A stretch of 63,963 nt of DNA, the filler included, from Thraustochytrium aureum (taxonomy: Eukaryota): NCBI GenBank assembly GCA_012862495.1. It is 9 parts of 6 records of this genome, joined end to end, with 100 filler letters (N's around TTAATTAATTAA, not from the genome) between each part and the next. Parts side by side here need not be neighbours in the genome. Positions count along the whole stretch, not along the records: positions 1 to 10,869 come from BLSG01000013.1; positions 10,970 to 27,145 come from BLSG01000015.1; 7 more parts are not named here. One strand, 5' to 3'. This document shows positions 1 to 11,088 of the stretch, one piece after another (the stretch's first letter is position 1; every line of letters starts with the position of its first letter). The notes beneath the pieces are model-generated. The model saw only the letters and a list, made by a program, of their open reading frames with translations, searched no databases and was not told where the DNA came from. The translations under genes were made by a program, and so were the position numbers.

Positions 1-134
1 ATACTATGTAAGTACAGAGAGAGAGGTACAAAATTGAGCGAAGCTATTTTGTTCGCTGGGCGTTGGGTTAGGGTGGGGTGGTGGGTTAGGGTATGTGGAA
101 GGGTGCTTTGTTCGGGCGGGAACCACGCTCTGAA

Positions 135-325
135 CTGATGTGGCAGGGCTTGCAGGGCTTTGATGTGGCAGGGCTGGCAGGGCTCTGATGGGGATGCAGG
201 GCTCTGATGGGTTGCAGGGCTCTGATGGGGATGCGGCTTGCAGGTCTCTCTCTGATGTGGCAGGGCTTGCAGGTCGCTGATGTGGCAGGGCTGGCAGGTC
301 TCCGATGAGGATGCGGCTGGCTCGC
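135..325. repeat. Degenerate minisatellite built from GATGTGGCAGGGCT(T/G)GCAGG and GCAGGGCTCTGATGGG units, just 3' of the minus-strand subtilisin gene
   Basis: Repeated GCAGGGCT / TGATG(T/G)GG units visible directly in the sequence. Confidence 0.8.
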
Positions 326-380
326 TGGCTGCTTGGCTTGCTGCAGGGTGCTCGCGGAATGCGGTTCGGGGTGGACTCGG

Positions 381-2950
381 TCAGGCAGCGACTGTGAGCG
401 GCGGCGACTTGGCCCGCGTCGAGCGCGGTCGCTGCTTCCACAGTCGGCAGACGTGAAGGGCAATGATCACAGCGGTCACGAACAAGGCGAGGATGCAGGC
501 CACGGTGAGGAGACCGAGTTGGACCCCTGTCAAGCGGAAACCAGTGGCCGCGGAGTCAAGGGCTTGGGGTTCCCTGTCGTCGACAATGATGGATCCGGAG
601 ATGACGAGCGCAAAGGGCTGCGGGCCCTGGTTGACTGCAAAACCCTCAACGGTGACGGTGTAGTTGCCGGGCTCGAGGTCACTTGGGAGCAAGACCACCT
701 TCTCGACAGTGTTGAGCGAATCGCGCTGGTCGAGGCCGTTGGGGTAAAACCGGTCTCCGTTGGGACCGAGCACGACCAGGTCAAGGTCGTTGACGAGGGT
801 AATCGCTGCAGACGACGACCCTGGTGGGTCGAACCAGACCAGTGTTGCTTGGAGAGCACGCGACGCAGCGCCGTGCGGCACAACCACCGAGTGCGAAACC
901 GTCTCGCCCGTTGCGTTGACCGTCGGCATCGCCTCCATAGATCCCTGCAAGAAGACCGAGTGCTGGACAGTGTTGCCGCCAAGAAGGAGCACGCGGTCGA
1001 GCTGGACGCGGCCGAATCCTTGGTGGGGCTCGACACTGCCCGTGAGTGGCCTCACGCGCCCCACCCAGCCGTCCATTGGCTGCGCCGCGTGCACGAGGAT
1101 CGCCTTGACGAGCGCCCCCATCGGGCGCAGCCCAGGAGAGCGCGACTGCGCCCCCCTTGGGTAAAAGCCCTCTTGCAGGAACTGGCGGACGATCGCTGCA
1201 CTGCCTGCCACCAGCGGCGTCGACATGCTTGTGCCAGACTTGTCCAGCGTCTTGCAGGCACCCGCAGTCGAAGTTGGCGCAGCAGCGAACGCAGAAGTGA
1301 CGCCGACCCCCGGGGCGACAAGGTCGGGCTTGATTCGACCGTCAAAGGCCGGGCCAGCGCTCGAAAAGTCGGCGAGGTTGTTCATGCAGGGCACGTCAGC
1401 GTTTGGGTACGGACATGCGAGGCCTGCGCGCGCGTGGCGCGACGAGGGCTCCGCGCTCGCTCCAACAGCGAGACAGTTTTTACTCAGACTCGGCGAGCCA
1501 ACGACCCAAGCTCTGGCCCGTCGTTCCCAGCAGCCACCACGACCAGCATCTCCTGGTTCGCGAACGTAAAGCGGTCGATGTCACGGCAGTCAGCCGTGTA
1601 AGAGTTGGTCGCGCTGCCCCACGAGTTGACATGCACCGTGGCGTTGACCCGCGCTGCGGTCTCGAACATGATGTCCAGCTCCAGCGGGGGATAGACACGG
1701 ACTTGCTCTTCCTCTGGCGCGATGTCGAAAAACGCGAGCCGCGCACCCCATGCGATCCCGAAACTGCCCTGTGAGGAGGCGGCGGGGTCTGATGCGTCGA
1801 CGACGCCCGCCACGGAGCCGGCCACGTGCGTGCCGTGACCGCCCTCGCGGTCCACTCCGTCCTGGTATGCAGCGTACTGGACAAGCTTGCGGTGGTTCGG
1901 CGTCTCGATCACCGATCCGCGAGTCCGAGCCGCGCGCGCGGCAGCTTCGTCGACGCTGCTATCCGCGAAGAAGCAGCTCAGGCTATCGAGCCCCGAGTCG
2001 GCCACGCCGACGACCTGGCCTTTGCCGGACAGCCCCGCCGCCCAGAATGTGCCTAGTGCGAGGACTGCCGGCGCGGTCTCGTCCCCTGGAAGCTTGTCAG
2101 TGCCATTTTGGATCACGAGAGACGAGTAGTAGTTGCTCGTGAACGACGCAAAGACTGGCTCGACGAAGAGGGCCTCTGGCTCGTTGGCGAGGATGTCCAG
2201 GTCTAGGAGCGCGTCGCTTACCGCTCCGCTGACCAGGATTGAGCGTCGATCCGTGCCCAGCGGCGACCCGTCGTCGGCGCGCAGGTGCCGCCCAACCGCA
2301 AAGCGCACCGACTTACGTGGCGCACTTGCATCTGCAAGGCGCCTCCGGCGATCGTGTTTGCGCTGCCAGCGCGCAGCTATCCGGCGAGCGCTCGAGACTG
2401 CGCTGGGCGCCAAAATCACGCGCCTCATCCCAAAGCTGCTGTCGCTTGGCAAGGGTGGCACCCTGAGGAGCGGCGAGAGCTTTAGGGCGGGCGGCAATGC
2501 GCAAGCAAAGTCTATCCCACGCACCTCGCTCGCGAGGCGCTCCCAGGTCGTGTCTAGCACGGCAAACGCGGCGCCGCTGCAGTAGAGTCGTTCTTGCGTC
2601 GTCATGCCCGAGGCGCTCGCCGACAAGGCCGCGCTGTCAGAAACGCGAACCAGAAACGCGGCTGGTCTTGCTGGCCCCAACGCGTCCTGGACGGCCAAGG
2701 CGGCCTCGCGGAAGGCTTGCGCTTCTGGAAAGGCTGCAATCCACACCTGCCCGGCTCCGGACTCACAGGCTTGCCGCTCGTAGATGGGCACAAGGTTGCG
2801 TCCCTTGACGCAGGCCGCCATGGTCAGCATGCAAGCCTTGGAGAGGACGTCGAACACGTGCCCAAACGTGGCCTCCTCCTGCAGCGCCCGCGCGCCGGCG
2901 CCACCACAGAACAAAGTCGCAAACGCGAGGGCAGCAGTCCTTGCGCGCAT
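381..2950 (-). CDS. Membrane-anchored subtilisin-like serine protease (peptidase S8, KP-43-like), copy 1; one apparent 1-nt frameshift near 1498
   Basis: Signal peptide MRARTAALAFATLF; triad motifs VGVADSG, GHGTHVAGS, SGTSMSTP; oxyanion AAGN; C-terminal LVWFDPP..LVNDLDL domain and TM helix. ORFs 1484-2950 and 381-1394 join into GSLGSPSLSKNCLAVGAS if one G is added at TTGG(G)CTCG. Confidence 0.93.
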
Positions 2951-3892
2951 CGGCCCGGCCAGCGCGACTTTGTCGCTCGGGAGTGCGTGTCCGAGTCGTC
3001 AGCCGGTCCGAGCCCCAGCTGGCTGGCTGGTTTGTTTGCACGGCGCGTGAAGCGATGATGCTGCATAGCACAGTTCACGAATGAATGGGTCGGAGTCGGC
3101 GCGTGCGCACACCATGTGCAAGGCTCGGCTTCGAACATTCAAGAAAGAGAAGGTCCTGCGAGGCCGTGGGGGATCCGACACGGAGCTGGGGGTCCTCGTT
3201 GATGTGGCCATGATCGCGATTCTTGCGGGTGCTCTCGCCGGAGCTGGAAGCAAGGAGGATTTGCTGGAAGGTTGGCCAGCCAAGCCTCCCGAAGAAGCCT
3301 CCTTGTTGGACGCGCTGCGGCGCGCGAGCGCCGAGCTCGCGGACAAGACTTCAATCAAGGAGGATCCTCCTTGCTTCAATCTCCAATGGACTGCAAATCG
3401 TCGTGCCCTTCTTCTTCCTCGACGAGCTGCGACGATCCGCACGTTGAAGGAAGGGTTGCGCAAAGCGAGACTTGCCTTCGTGTTACGGAAATTTGGCTGT
3501 GACAACCGCGAGCCATGGGGCGGTAAAAATCAACCGTAACATACGCCCCGCCAACCCACCTACCCCGCCCCAAATTTCGGTGCACACTGCCGCCCAGGAG
3601 GGGCTCCTCGGGATTAACTCGCCTCGCTCGGCGTCCCGCCGGCGCGCGTCGGCGCTCGCCGCGGTACGAACAGGTTGGGGTTAGCTCGTTGGTTTCCCCA
3701 GGCGTGCATGCTCGGCATCATGAATGGCAAGTACTCCTCAGATACGTACTTACTCTCTGCATGTACACAAACGCGGAACTTGGCAGTGGCGATGCCAGTG
3801 GCGAGATGCCAGGCAGAGCTGCAACTGGCCGCGGCGGAGCGCAGCAGAGCGCAGCAGAGCGCAGCAGAGCAGAGCCGAGGTCGGAGAGGCGG

Positions 3893-6664
3893 ATGAGATG
3901 GACGGGGTGGGCGCGGCGCTGCGGCGCGGCCGCGATGGCCGCGGCGGCAGTGTGGGTTCCAGGCGGGAACGCGCGACTTGGTGACGACGGGTCGGTCGAA
4001 GTGTGGACTCGGGTGCACGAAGCTCTGACTGGGTGCATGCTGACGCTCGCGTGGTGCACGAATGAGGACGGGGACAGGGTGCTGCCGCATGCGACGCCGG
4101 AGAAGTGCCGGGCTGGTGGGTTTCGGTGGAAGACGAGGTTTGCGAACGCCGAGCAGATCAAGGCCGCATCGAGAAGCGCGCTCGAGCGCATCGAGGGCGC
4201 CGAGGGGAGGCGCGGCGTCTTTATCGCGCGCGTGGCACCTGGCCAGGAACAGGTCGCGATGGATGCCGCCACCGAACTGGCCGCCTCGCCTCCACTCCGG
4301 TGCGAGAAGGGCGTGTTCCTGCTGCTGGACGGTACACCTGAGTCGACAAGCAGCATCGATGGTATCGACTTTGTCNNNNNNNNNNNNNNNNNNNNNNNNN
4401 NNNNNNNNNNNNNNNNNNNNNNNNNNNNNNNNNNCATCGATGGTATCGACTTTGTCGCGGCGCTGCCAGCGGCCCTCAAGATAGCGCCAGACCTGGAGGC
4501 GTACGAGCGCAAGGCGGAGCTGCGCGGCAAGACGTTAGAGCGGCGCATCGTCCTCTCGCACAAGACTGACGCGACGCGGGCAGCTCAGGTGCTGCGCAAG
4601 TGGCAGGGGGCTCACGCTAGGCGACTGTTGTCTGGCGAGTCTGCCAGCCATGTCTCCGTCACGCTCGGTCGCGCCCTCCAAGGCGTGGACGGGTCGCGCA
4701 TCGAGCCGAAGTCGCACTATCTGTTTTTGTCGAGCGCGGCGGGCACCGCGCACGAGCTCGATCTGTTCGCTCAAGAGACCGAAGCCCTGTTCGTGGAGCC
4801 CATGTATGAAATGAAGACGTCCAACCTGGACGCGGCGCTCGTGACGCACTCGGGCATAAACGCAGTGGCCGGGTCCTCGAGCGTAGATGACTCGTTGAGC
4901 ACGATGTGGTCACGCGGAATCGACGGCGCTGGCGAGGTTGTTGGCGTCGGCGATAGCGGTCTCGATGTGGCGCACTGCTACTTTCGGGACGACTCTAAGA
5001 ACGACATCCAGCTCCGCGACACAAGGGAACCCGGCAAGTACTACAATGACCTGACGCACCGGAAGGTTGTCCAGTACGCAGTTCAGCAGAGTACTGACGC
5101 GTACGACGCTCGTGCCGGACACGGAACACACGTTGCAGGAAGCGTAGCTGGGTTCCCAGCGGATGTGAACGACCCGAAGACGAACGCGGGTGGCGCAACG
5201 AAGGACAAAGGGATGGCCCCGAAGGCCAGGCTCGCGATCTTTGATATGGGCGTCGCGGCCGACCCAAACTCAATCTTTCCGCCATCTTCGCTGGACATTA
5301 TGTTTGACATTGCCTACAAGGACCCTGTCGGGGCGCGCATCCACACCAACTCGTGGGGGGCCGATTCCAACACTTACTCGTCAGATGCCCTCGACATCGA
5401 CGAGTACTTGTTCGAGCACCAAGACATGGTTGTTCTGGTCGCCGCGGGGAACGCGAATGAGGCGCCTGGCGGATCGCTCGGCACTCCGGCAACCGCCAAG
5501 AGTTGTATCAGCGTCGGGGCAACGCTTAACACTGAACGCTCATTCTGGCGCATTGGTTCGACCTGCGCCGAGTCGTCGCCCGGCCTGCCCTGCACGCAAA
5601 ACCTGGCCAGCTTCTCCAGTAACGGCCCTTCCTACGACGGACGCATTAAACCAGAGGTGGTCGCGCCGGGCTATTTCATTATCTCGGCCTCGGGCGGCGC
5701 GCCCGGTACTGGCACAAATGAGGAGCAAAAAACGTGCTCGGTGCGTCAGTCGGCAGGAACAAGCATGGCGACGCCCGTAGTCGCTGGCAATGTTGCGCTT
5801 CTTCGGCATGCTCTACGGACTGGCTTTCACCCCACAGGGTTTGCTCGCGCCCAAGACGGGTTTCTGCCAATGGGCGCTCTTCTCAAGGGCCTGATCATTC
5901 ATGCCGCAGAGCCACTCGTTGGCCGCTACGGCAGGCGCTCTCTTGATGGCAAGGTCAACAACTTTAGCGGGTTTGGGCTGCCACAGCTTGATCGCGTCTT
6001 ACCGGTGGCCGACCCTGCCTCAAAGCGTTCCGTGTTTCTCGATGGCGACATGGCAGCAATGCCCGTGGTCGCGTCGCTGAGGGACGAGAAGGTGTACACT
6101 TTTTCTGTGCCAGCTTCGTCTGCGGGCGCTGCCGACTTGCGCGTGACCCTGGTCTGGTACGATCCCGCCTCCTCGCGGGTCGCAAGCAGAGCGCTTGTGA
6201 ACAACCTCGACCTTGTTGTGTCGACCCCTGCTGGCGAGCAAGTGTTTCCGAATGGACTCTCGACCGAGGACAACGTCAATACCGTCGAGCAGGTCACCAT
6301 TCCTGCCGAGTCTGTAGTCACCGGGACATATACGGTCAAGGTTGTTGCTTCGGCCTTGGTTTCTGCGCAACCCTATTCGCTCGTCGTTTCAGGTCCATTC
6401 ACAAGCGAGCAGCCTGAAGGGGTAGACGAAAGCCAGGTCGCCAACGCGAGCAACGACGATCGTGAGGAGTCGGGCGTGTCTGTGGCTATCCTAGGCATAG
6501 TCGGTGGAGTCGTGGTGGGCATCGCCATCGCCAGCGCTGTGTTTGTTACAGCGCGCCGCCGCCGCCGGGAGCAGGACCTAGCGCGTGCCCCCCCGGTCGC
6601 CACGATTGTTGCAGGCATGGGCACGCCGTACTCGCCCTCCTCGCCGTACTATACCAGAGCGTAG
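3893..6664 (+). CDS. Membrane-anchored subtilisin-like serine protease (S8, KP-43-like), copy 2
   Basis: Motifs VGVGDSG, GHGTHVAGS, AAGN, AGTSMATP, LVWYDP..LVNNLDL; C-terminal TM helix (VAILGIVGGVVVGIAIASAVFV) followed by an Arg run; co-linear with copy 1. The internal N gap is flanked by an identical 22-mer. Confidence 0.94.
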   Translation: MRWTGWARRCGAAAMAAAAVWVPGGNARLGDDGSVEVWTRVHEALTGCMLTLAWCTNEDGDRVLPHATPEKCRAGGFRWKTRFANAEQIKAASRSALERIEGAEGRRGVFIARVAPGQEQVAMDAATELAASPPLRCEKGVFLLLDGTPESTSSIDGIDFVXXXXXXXXXXXXXXXXXXXXIDGIDFVAALPAALKIAPDLEAYERKAELRGKTLERRIVLSHKTDATRAAQVLRKWQGAHARRLLSGESASHVSVTLGRALQGVDGSRIEPKSHYLFLSSAAGTAHELDLFAQETEALFVEPMYEMKTSNLDAALVTHSGINAVAGSSSVDDSLSTMWSRGIDGAGEVVGVGDSGLDVAHCYFRDDSKNDIQLRDTREPGKYYNDLTHRKVVQYAVQQSTDAYDARAGHGTHVAGSVAGFPADVNDPKTNAGGATKDKGMAPKARLAIFDMGVAADPNSIFPPSSLDIMFDIAYKDPVGARIHTNSWGADSNTYSSDALDIDEYLFEHQDMVVLVAAGNANEAPGGSLGTPATAKSCISVGATLNTERSFWRIGSTCAESSPGLPCTQNLASFSSNGPSYDGRIKPEVVAPGYFIISASGGAPGTGTNEEQKTCSVRQSAGTSMATPVVAGNVALLRHALRTGFHPTGFARAQDGFLPMGALLKGLIIHAAEPLVGRYGRRSLDGKVNNFSGFGLPQLDRVLPVADPASKRSVFLDGDMAAMPVVASLRDEKVYTFSVPASSAGAADLRVTLVWYDPASSRVASRALVNNLDLVVSTPAGEQVFPNGLSTEDNVNTVEQVTIPAESVVTGTYTVKVVASALVSAQPYSLVVSGPFTSEQPEGVDESQVANASNDDREESGVSVAILGIVGGVVVGIAIASAVFVTARRRRREQDLARAPPVATIVAGMGTPYSPSSPYYTRA

Positions 6665-6748
6665 GTTGGAAAAATGCGAATGGGGTTTGAGTGAGTGATT
6701 GTGTAGGTGGGAAAAAATGCGAATGGGGTTTGTGTGATTGTGTGATTG
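6661..6748. repeat. Two-copy ~42-bp tandem duplication at the subtilisin-2 stop/3' UTR
   Basis: GTAGGT(T/G)GGAAAAATGCGAATGGGGTTTG occurs twice in tandem. Confidence 0.8.
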
Positions 6749-6831
6749 TATTCGAATGTGTTCCGGCAATGCCGCGCTCGGTACATCGAGAGATTCTCTC
6801 CCGCTGGGCGATTTATTTTGGTGTGGTATGT

Positions 6832-7470
6832 CTATGTCGAGCTGAGCGCCAGCATGACCATCACTGTGAACAACGAGGCAGCGGAAGCTTGGCGAAAAGC
6901 TGTTGACGCGGTCGGGGCCACCGAGTCCAACACTTCCACTGTAACAACCCAGTATCTCGGCTCTTTGGCATTGCTCATGGGAACAGTTGATGAAACGGTT
7001 GTCCCGGGATCCGGGAGTGTGCCCGACGCTCCATAGCCAGAGCTGTTGCCTGGGACGGAAAACGCTTGGACGAGCACCCCTTGGTGGTTGCCAATGACGT
7101 ATTCAAAGTCGAGGCTGTCACCAGGGAGTGGGCCGCACGATCCAGGCTCCAGAGCCAGCCGCGGCACATCTTGGACGAGCGGGCCGTCGACTTCGTCCTC
7201 TGTTACCTCAACGCTAACGACGATCGTCGAATTGATATTCTGCACATCTATACCCTGCGAACTTTGGAATGCGACCACGCAGAGTTCTTTCAAGCTCATC
7301 TCACTCGTATCGAGCAGCCGCACAGAGTGCTCCGAACCGTCGGTGGGGTCCCTCGTCGTGATCACCTGCACCGAGCGCTCGCCGACTTGCTGGATGTGCG
7401 TCCAGGCCTGCGCCTGCGCAATCGAGCTGGCGAGCGCCGCGACGGCAACTGCGAAGGCGAATCGGGCCAT
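6832..7470 (-). CDS. Secreted/surface protein of unknown function, possibly GPI-anchored (212 aa)
   Basis: Signal peptide MARFAFAVAVAALASSIAQA; hydrophobic C-terminal tail after a small-residue stretch (TASTAF..SLFTVMVMLALSST). Confidence 0.7.
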   Translation of the reverse strand: MARFAFAVAVAALASSIAQAQAWTHIQQVGERSVQVITTRDPTDGSEHSVRLLDTSEMSLKELCVVAFQSSQGIDVQNINSTIVVSVEVTEDEVDGPLVQDVPRLALEPGSCGPLPGDSLDFEYVIGNHQGVLVQAFSVPGNSSGYGASGTLPDPGTTVSSTVPMSNAKEPRYWVVTVEVLDSVAPTASTAFRQASAASLFTVMVMLALSST

Positions 7471-8331
7471 TCTGGCTGGTGCTCGGTCGGATTTGTTGTT
7501 GGCTCGGTTTGGCTTGTCTCGGTTTGCTGCTGTTGGTCTTTGGCTTGATAGGTTTGCGGTCTGCCTTGCGTCAGACCCAACTACCGGCTGTGGAGGCCGC
7601 CATCCGTCGATCCACCTGTCCTGGCGTTACACGCCCGTTACGTGGGCTCGTCGATGGTTCGGAGGAGCCAAGCTGAAATCCAAGCGCACCAAACGGATAT
7701 AGCGTACGCTATTTCCCCCTTGGTTGACGTTTTCTATGCANNNNNNNNNNNNNNNNNNNNNNNNNNNNNNNNNNNNNNNNNNNNNNNNNNNNNNNNNNNN
7801 NNNNNNNNNNNNNNNNNNNNNNNNNNNNNNNNNNNNNNNNNNNNNNNNGGTGCCCTTTCGTGCGCCTGAACATCACAAGTCGAGTTGGCTGGTTCGCCGG
7901 CCTGCGAGATTCATCAGCCGTCGGCGTTTTGTGTGCAGAGCAAGAGCCTTTCACACCTTTGTCCGTACCGGTAGTAGGCCTACTTAGCAGCCTGGCCTGG
8001 CCGTTCCCGCACAAGTGCAACACATTCCTCGAGATCCACCCCGCATTGCAGCAGCTGCAGCGAACCCGCACACAAGAGGCAGGCAGGCAGGCAAGCAGGC
8101 TAGCTCTAGCTAGAGTACCGTTGCCTCGGTCCGCCGTTCGTTTTTGCGCAATCCGCGCTGTGACCAATACCAAATGGGCCCATGAACAACCGCGAGGATG
8201 TACGAGCCAAGCCGTTCACCGGATTCCAAGCACCGCCGCAAGCATCCCCGCGACCGCGGCGCTGTACAATCGCACCAGGAGAGCGCCGAAGCGGCGTCTG
8301 ATTGACGCACATCACGCAAAATCGGCAGGCC

Positions 8332-9150
8332 ATGGCGACGAGTGCCAGCAAACCTGCTCACAAAGCCCGCAAGGCGACCAAGGCGGGCGGGCTTCACGCA
8401 GCAGAGGTGTTCGCGCGCGTCAGGCCACAAGCGTCCACGGGTGGCCACGCCCAGCATGGCCAGGGTACCGCGCGTGTCTCCAAGGCGCTGCATGGCCGGG
8501 ACGAGCGCGGCGTGGACGTCGGGTGGTCCTGCAGCGGTGATGATGACCTAGGCCGCAAGCTCGACAAGGTGGAGCACTTCGAATTCTGCAGCCGCGTGCT
8601 CGGCCCTGAGGTCAGCAACGAACAAGTCTATGCGGCCACGCTGAGCGGCGCTGCGAAGCGCCTCGTAGGCAGCAAAGAGGCCGGGCCCACGGACGTCCTC
8701 ATGTTTGCATATGGGCAGACCGGCACGGGCAAGACGTTTACAACGCTGGGCCCGGACTCGTCTCTGCGTGGCGCACCCAGCGGCGGCGCCCTAGACCCGC
8801 TTTGGGGCTGCTTTCCGCGCGTCGTGTTCGAGGCAATCAATCCAGCAGGGGCAGGCCGCCACATGGCGGCCATCGACGGCAACCGCAAGGCGCTCCGCCA
8901 GCCCTCGCACAACGCGATGATACGCCTCAAGCGCCAGGCCGCGATCGCGGAGAGCAAGGCGCAGCTCCGGCTGCTTCGAATCTTGCTAGAGCAGCACAAC
9001 GTCCCCGGCGTGGGCCTTTCCGCCGGCTCCTGCGTTGGACAAGGCCGAGCGCGGCGGAGACTGCTCAAGGCGGTCCCGCGTAGAGTGTTCGAAGCCGTGC
9101 TCGCGAGCGGTGCAACTGGGAGCCGCGGGCGGGCGAATCAATTGCGCTAG
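8332..9150 (+). pseudogene. Truncated kinesin motor-domain gene or fragment
   Basis: AEVFARVRP, FEFCSRVLGPEVSNEQVY, P-loop FAYGQTGTGKTFT and WGCFPR are present; similarity stops at ~8840 and the switch motifs (SSRSH, DLAGSE) are not seen. Confidence 0.65.
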
Positions 9151-9932
9151 CAGCGGCCAACTTGAGCTCGCTGGGGCGGCTGTGACTTGCGAGAGCTGCG
9201 CTCCCCGTCGGCCGCTCGCTTCTGCCGAGGGTTCGCGCATAGGAGCTGGTCCAGCTGCTGCGTAGTTGCCCAAAACGATGACGGAGCCCTTCCGCCCGTT
9301 ACGAGAACGGCGACCGAGCGCAGACAGGCAGCCACCGCATCCATGGGCGGGCGGCGCGTCGCCAACTGCGCAGAAGCAGACGCACGCGAGGCCTCCTTAC
9401 TCCTCTCGCAGGCCGACAGCGACAGCACAGGAGGTCAACAAATTGGCCGTGATGCAGAGACAAGAAGGTAAGTACTCAGTACACTCCTCGTCAGGCGTCA
9501 CAGCGACGAACTCGCCAAGATCAATCGCACCATCCTGGCCGCGCCAACGTGCATTGGGCGGAGTGGCAAGCCGAGCAGCCGGCCGTCCACCAGCGCGCGC
9601 CTGCAGCCATCTCCCACAGCCGCAGTTTCACGGCCCCAATGCGCGCGCCGCAAATGCACCCCAAACCCGCAAACCCCACCTCACCGTTACAATACACCAC
9701 CGCCATTTAAACCCCAACTCCCAATAGATTACCTGCAAGGTAAGTTTGCGGGAGGTATGCGTTAAAAGGTTACTCCGACGTTGGCCCCTCGTTCCCCTCC
9801 AAAAACAATTCCTTTGTTCGCCGTAACCTTGGCCCTACTAAAAGCTCGCTTTGTTCGCTGTAACCTTGGCTGCGCGTCACGCCTCTCTGAAAGGGGAAAT
9901 GGGATCGCAGGAGCAGCAGAACAGACCCCGAT

Positions 9933-10025
9933 CGCGGAGCAGCAGCAGGCAGCGCGGAGCAGCAGGCAGCGCGGAGCAGCAGGCAGCGCGGAGCAGCAGG
10001 CAGCGCGGAGCAGCAGGCAGCGCAG
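9933..10025. repeat. 17-bp tandem repeat (GCGGAGCAGCAGGCAGC) x~5, probably in the 5' intron/UTR of the PEPC gene
   Basis: Direct inspection. Confidence 0.85.
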
Positions 10026-10126
10026 GCCAGCAGGCGGGCTGGGAGGCAGCGCCTGGCGAGCCGGGCGGTGAAGCCGTTGCCCTGCTGGCCGCGGCGCGAG
10101 CTGACGGTTGTTGCTGGCCACGCAGG

Positions 10127-10869
10127 ATGACCGCTGCTTGGGGAGCTGGCACGCGGCGAGCGGTGCTGAGGGCTCGGGCCGCCCGGGGCGGGGCGGCGAG
10201 ACACAGCTCAGGAGATGCGCTGCCCGTCGGCGGGAGGCTGCCAAGGCACTCCAAGGAGCTGCGAGCGGACGTCAAGCACCTGGGCAGAGTGCTGGGCAAG
10301 ATCATCGCAGAGGAAAACCCGGTCGTGTACGAGCAGGTAGAGACGTTGAGAAACCTGGCCAAGGACTTTCGGCGAGGCGTGAGCGCAGACGCGTTCCCCA
10401 CGATGGCCAAGACAGCCAAGACGATGAAGGCCGACGAAAGCAAGGGCGTGGCCCGCGCCTTTTCACACTTTTTGGCCCTCTCCAACTGCGCGGAGACCCA
10501 CCACCGCGTGCGCGAAATCGAAGAGCTACGGCAGCACAACGCCGCGGACTCGTCCGCCTTTCCGCCAAAGGAGGACTCGTGCCGCGGCGCGATCACCGCA
10601 CTGCTCGACGAGGAAAACCTGTCGCCGCGCGAGGTCCGCAACACGCTGCTACAGCAGCGTGTCGAGCTCGTCTTGACGGCACATCCCACCGAAGTGAACC
10701 GGCGAACCGTGCTTGAAAAGCACAGGCGCATCGGCAAGAACCTCGCGGCAGTCGACAACCTGGACCGCATGGAGGTGGACCGCGAGGCGGTCGAGTCGTA
10801 CGAGCGCCGCGAGTTGCAAGACGGGCTGCGGCGCGAGGTGGCCAGCCTCTTCTTCAGCGACGAAATCCG
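10127..10869 (+). CDS. PEPC: Phosphoenolpyruvate carboxylase, N-terminal part (3'-truncated at scaffold end), with probable mitochondrial presequence
   Basis: LRADVKHLGRVLG, VARAFSHFLALSNCAETHHR and the catalytic His motif VLTAHPTEVNRRT; Arg/Ala-rich N-terminus; ATG follows a CTGAC...CAG acceptor. Confidence 0.93.
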
Positions 10870-10969
10870 NNNNNNNNNNNNNNNNNNNNNNNNNNNNNNN
10901 NNNNNNNNNNNNNTTAATTAATTAANNNNNNNNNNNNNNNNNNNNNNNNNNNNNNNNNNNNNNNNNNNN
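10870..10969. other. Artificial scaffold-concatenation linker N44-TTAATTAATTAA-N44 (also at 27146-27245, 40703-40802, 46197-46296, 56259-56358, 57458-57557, 58579-58678, 62839-62938)
   Basis: Identical 100-nt spacer with stop codons in all six frames, repeated eight times. Confidence 0.98.
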
Positions 10970-11088
10970 AGTTGCATTTTCCAGCATAGGTGATGGCTGA
11001 CCGCCCCGCTTTGGCGACCCTCACAGGGCTTCTGGCGCTTTGACCCCGATTGCGGTCAGCTGAAGCCTGCAGGACGAGCGGAATTCGC

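Noticed and set aside
333..1601. Long antisense ORFs (e.g. 333-1601+, 23935-25014+, 29774-31084+, 40997-42535-, 61133-62689-)
   Set aside because: Shadow ORFs opposite recognisable genes in GC-rich DNA, with no motifs of their own.
2999..3539. ORFs between the two subtilisin genes (3081-3539+, 2999-3505-)
   Set aside because: No recognisable motifs; overlapping on both strands; more likely UTR/promoter.
4354..4456. Apparent direct repeat CATCGATGGTATCGACTTTGTC (IDGIDFV twice) around a 59-N gap
   Set aside because: Unmerged contig overlap; the paralogue has a single GIDF, so this is not a real duplication or TSD.
10914..10925. TTAATTAATTAA repeated eight times between N runs, resembling a repeat array or TTAA target sites
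   Set aside because: Artificial six-frame-stop linker; genes on either side are not real neighbours, and ORFs ending ...LIN are artefacts.
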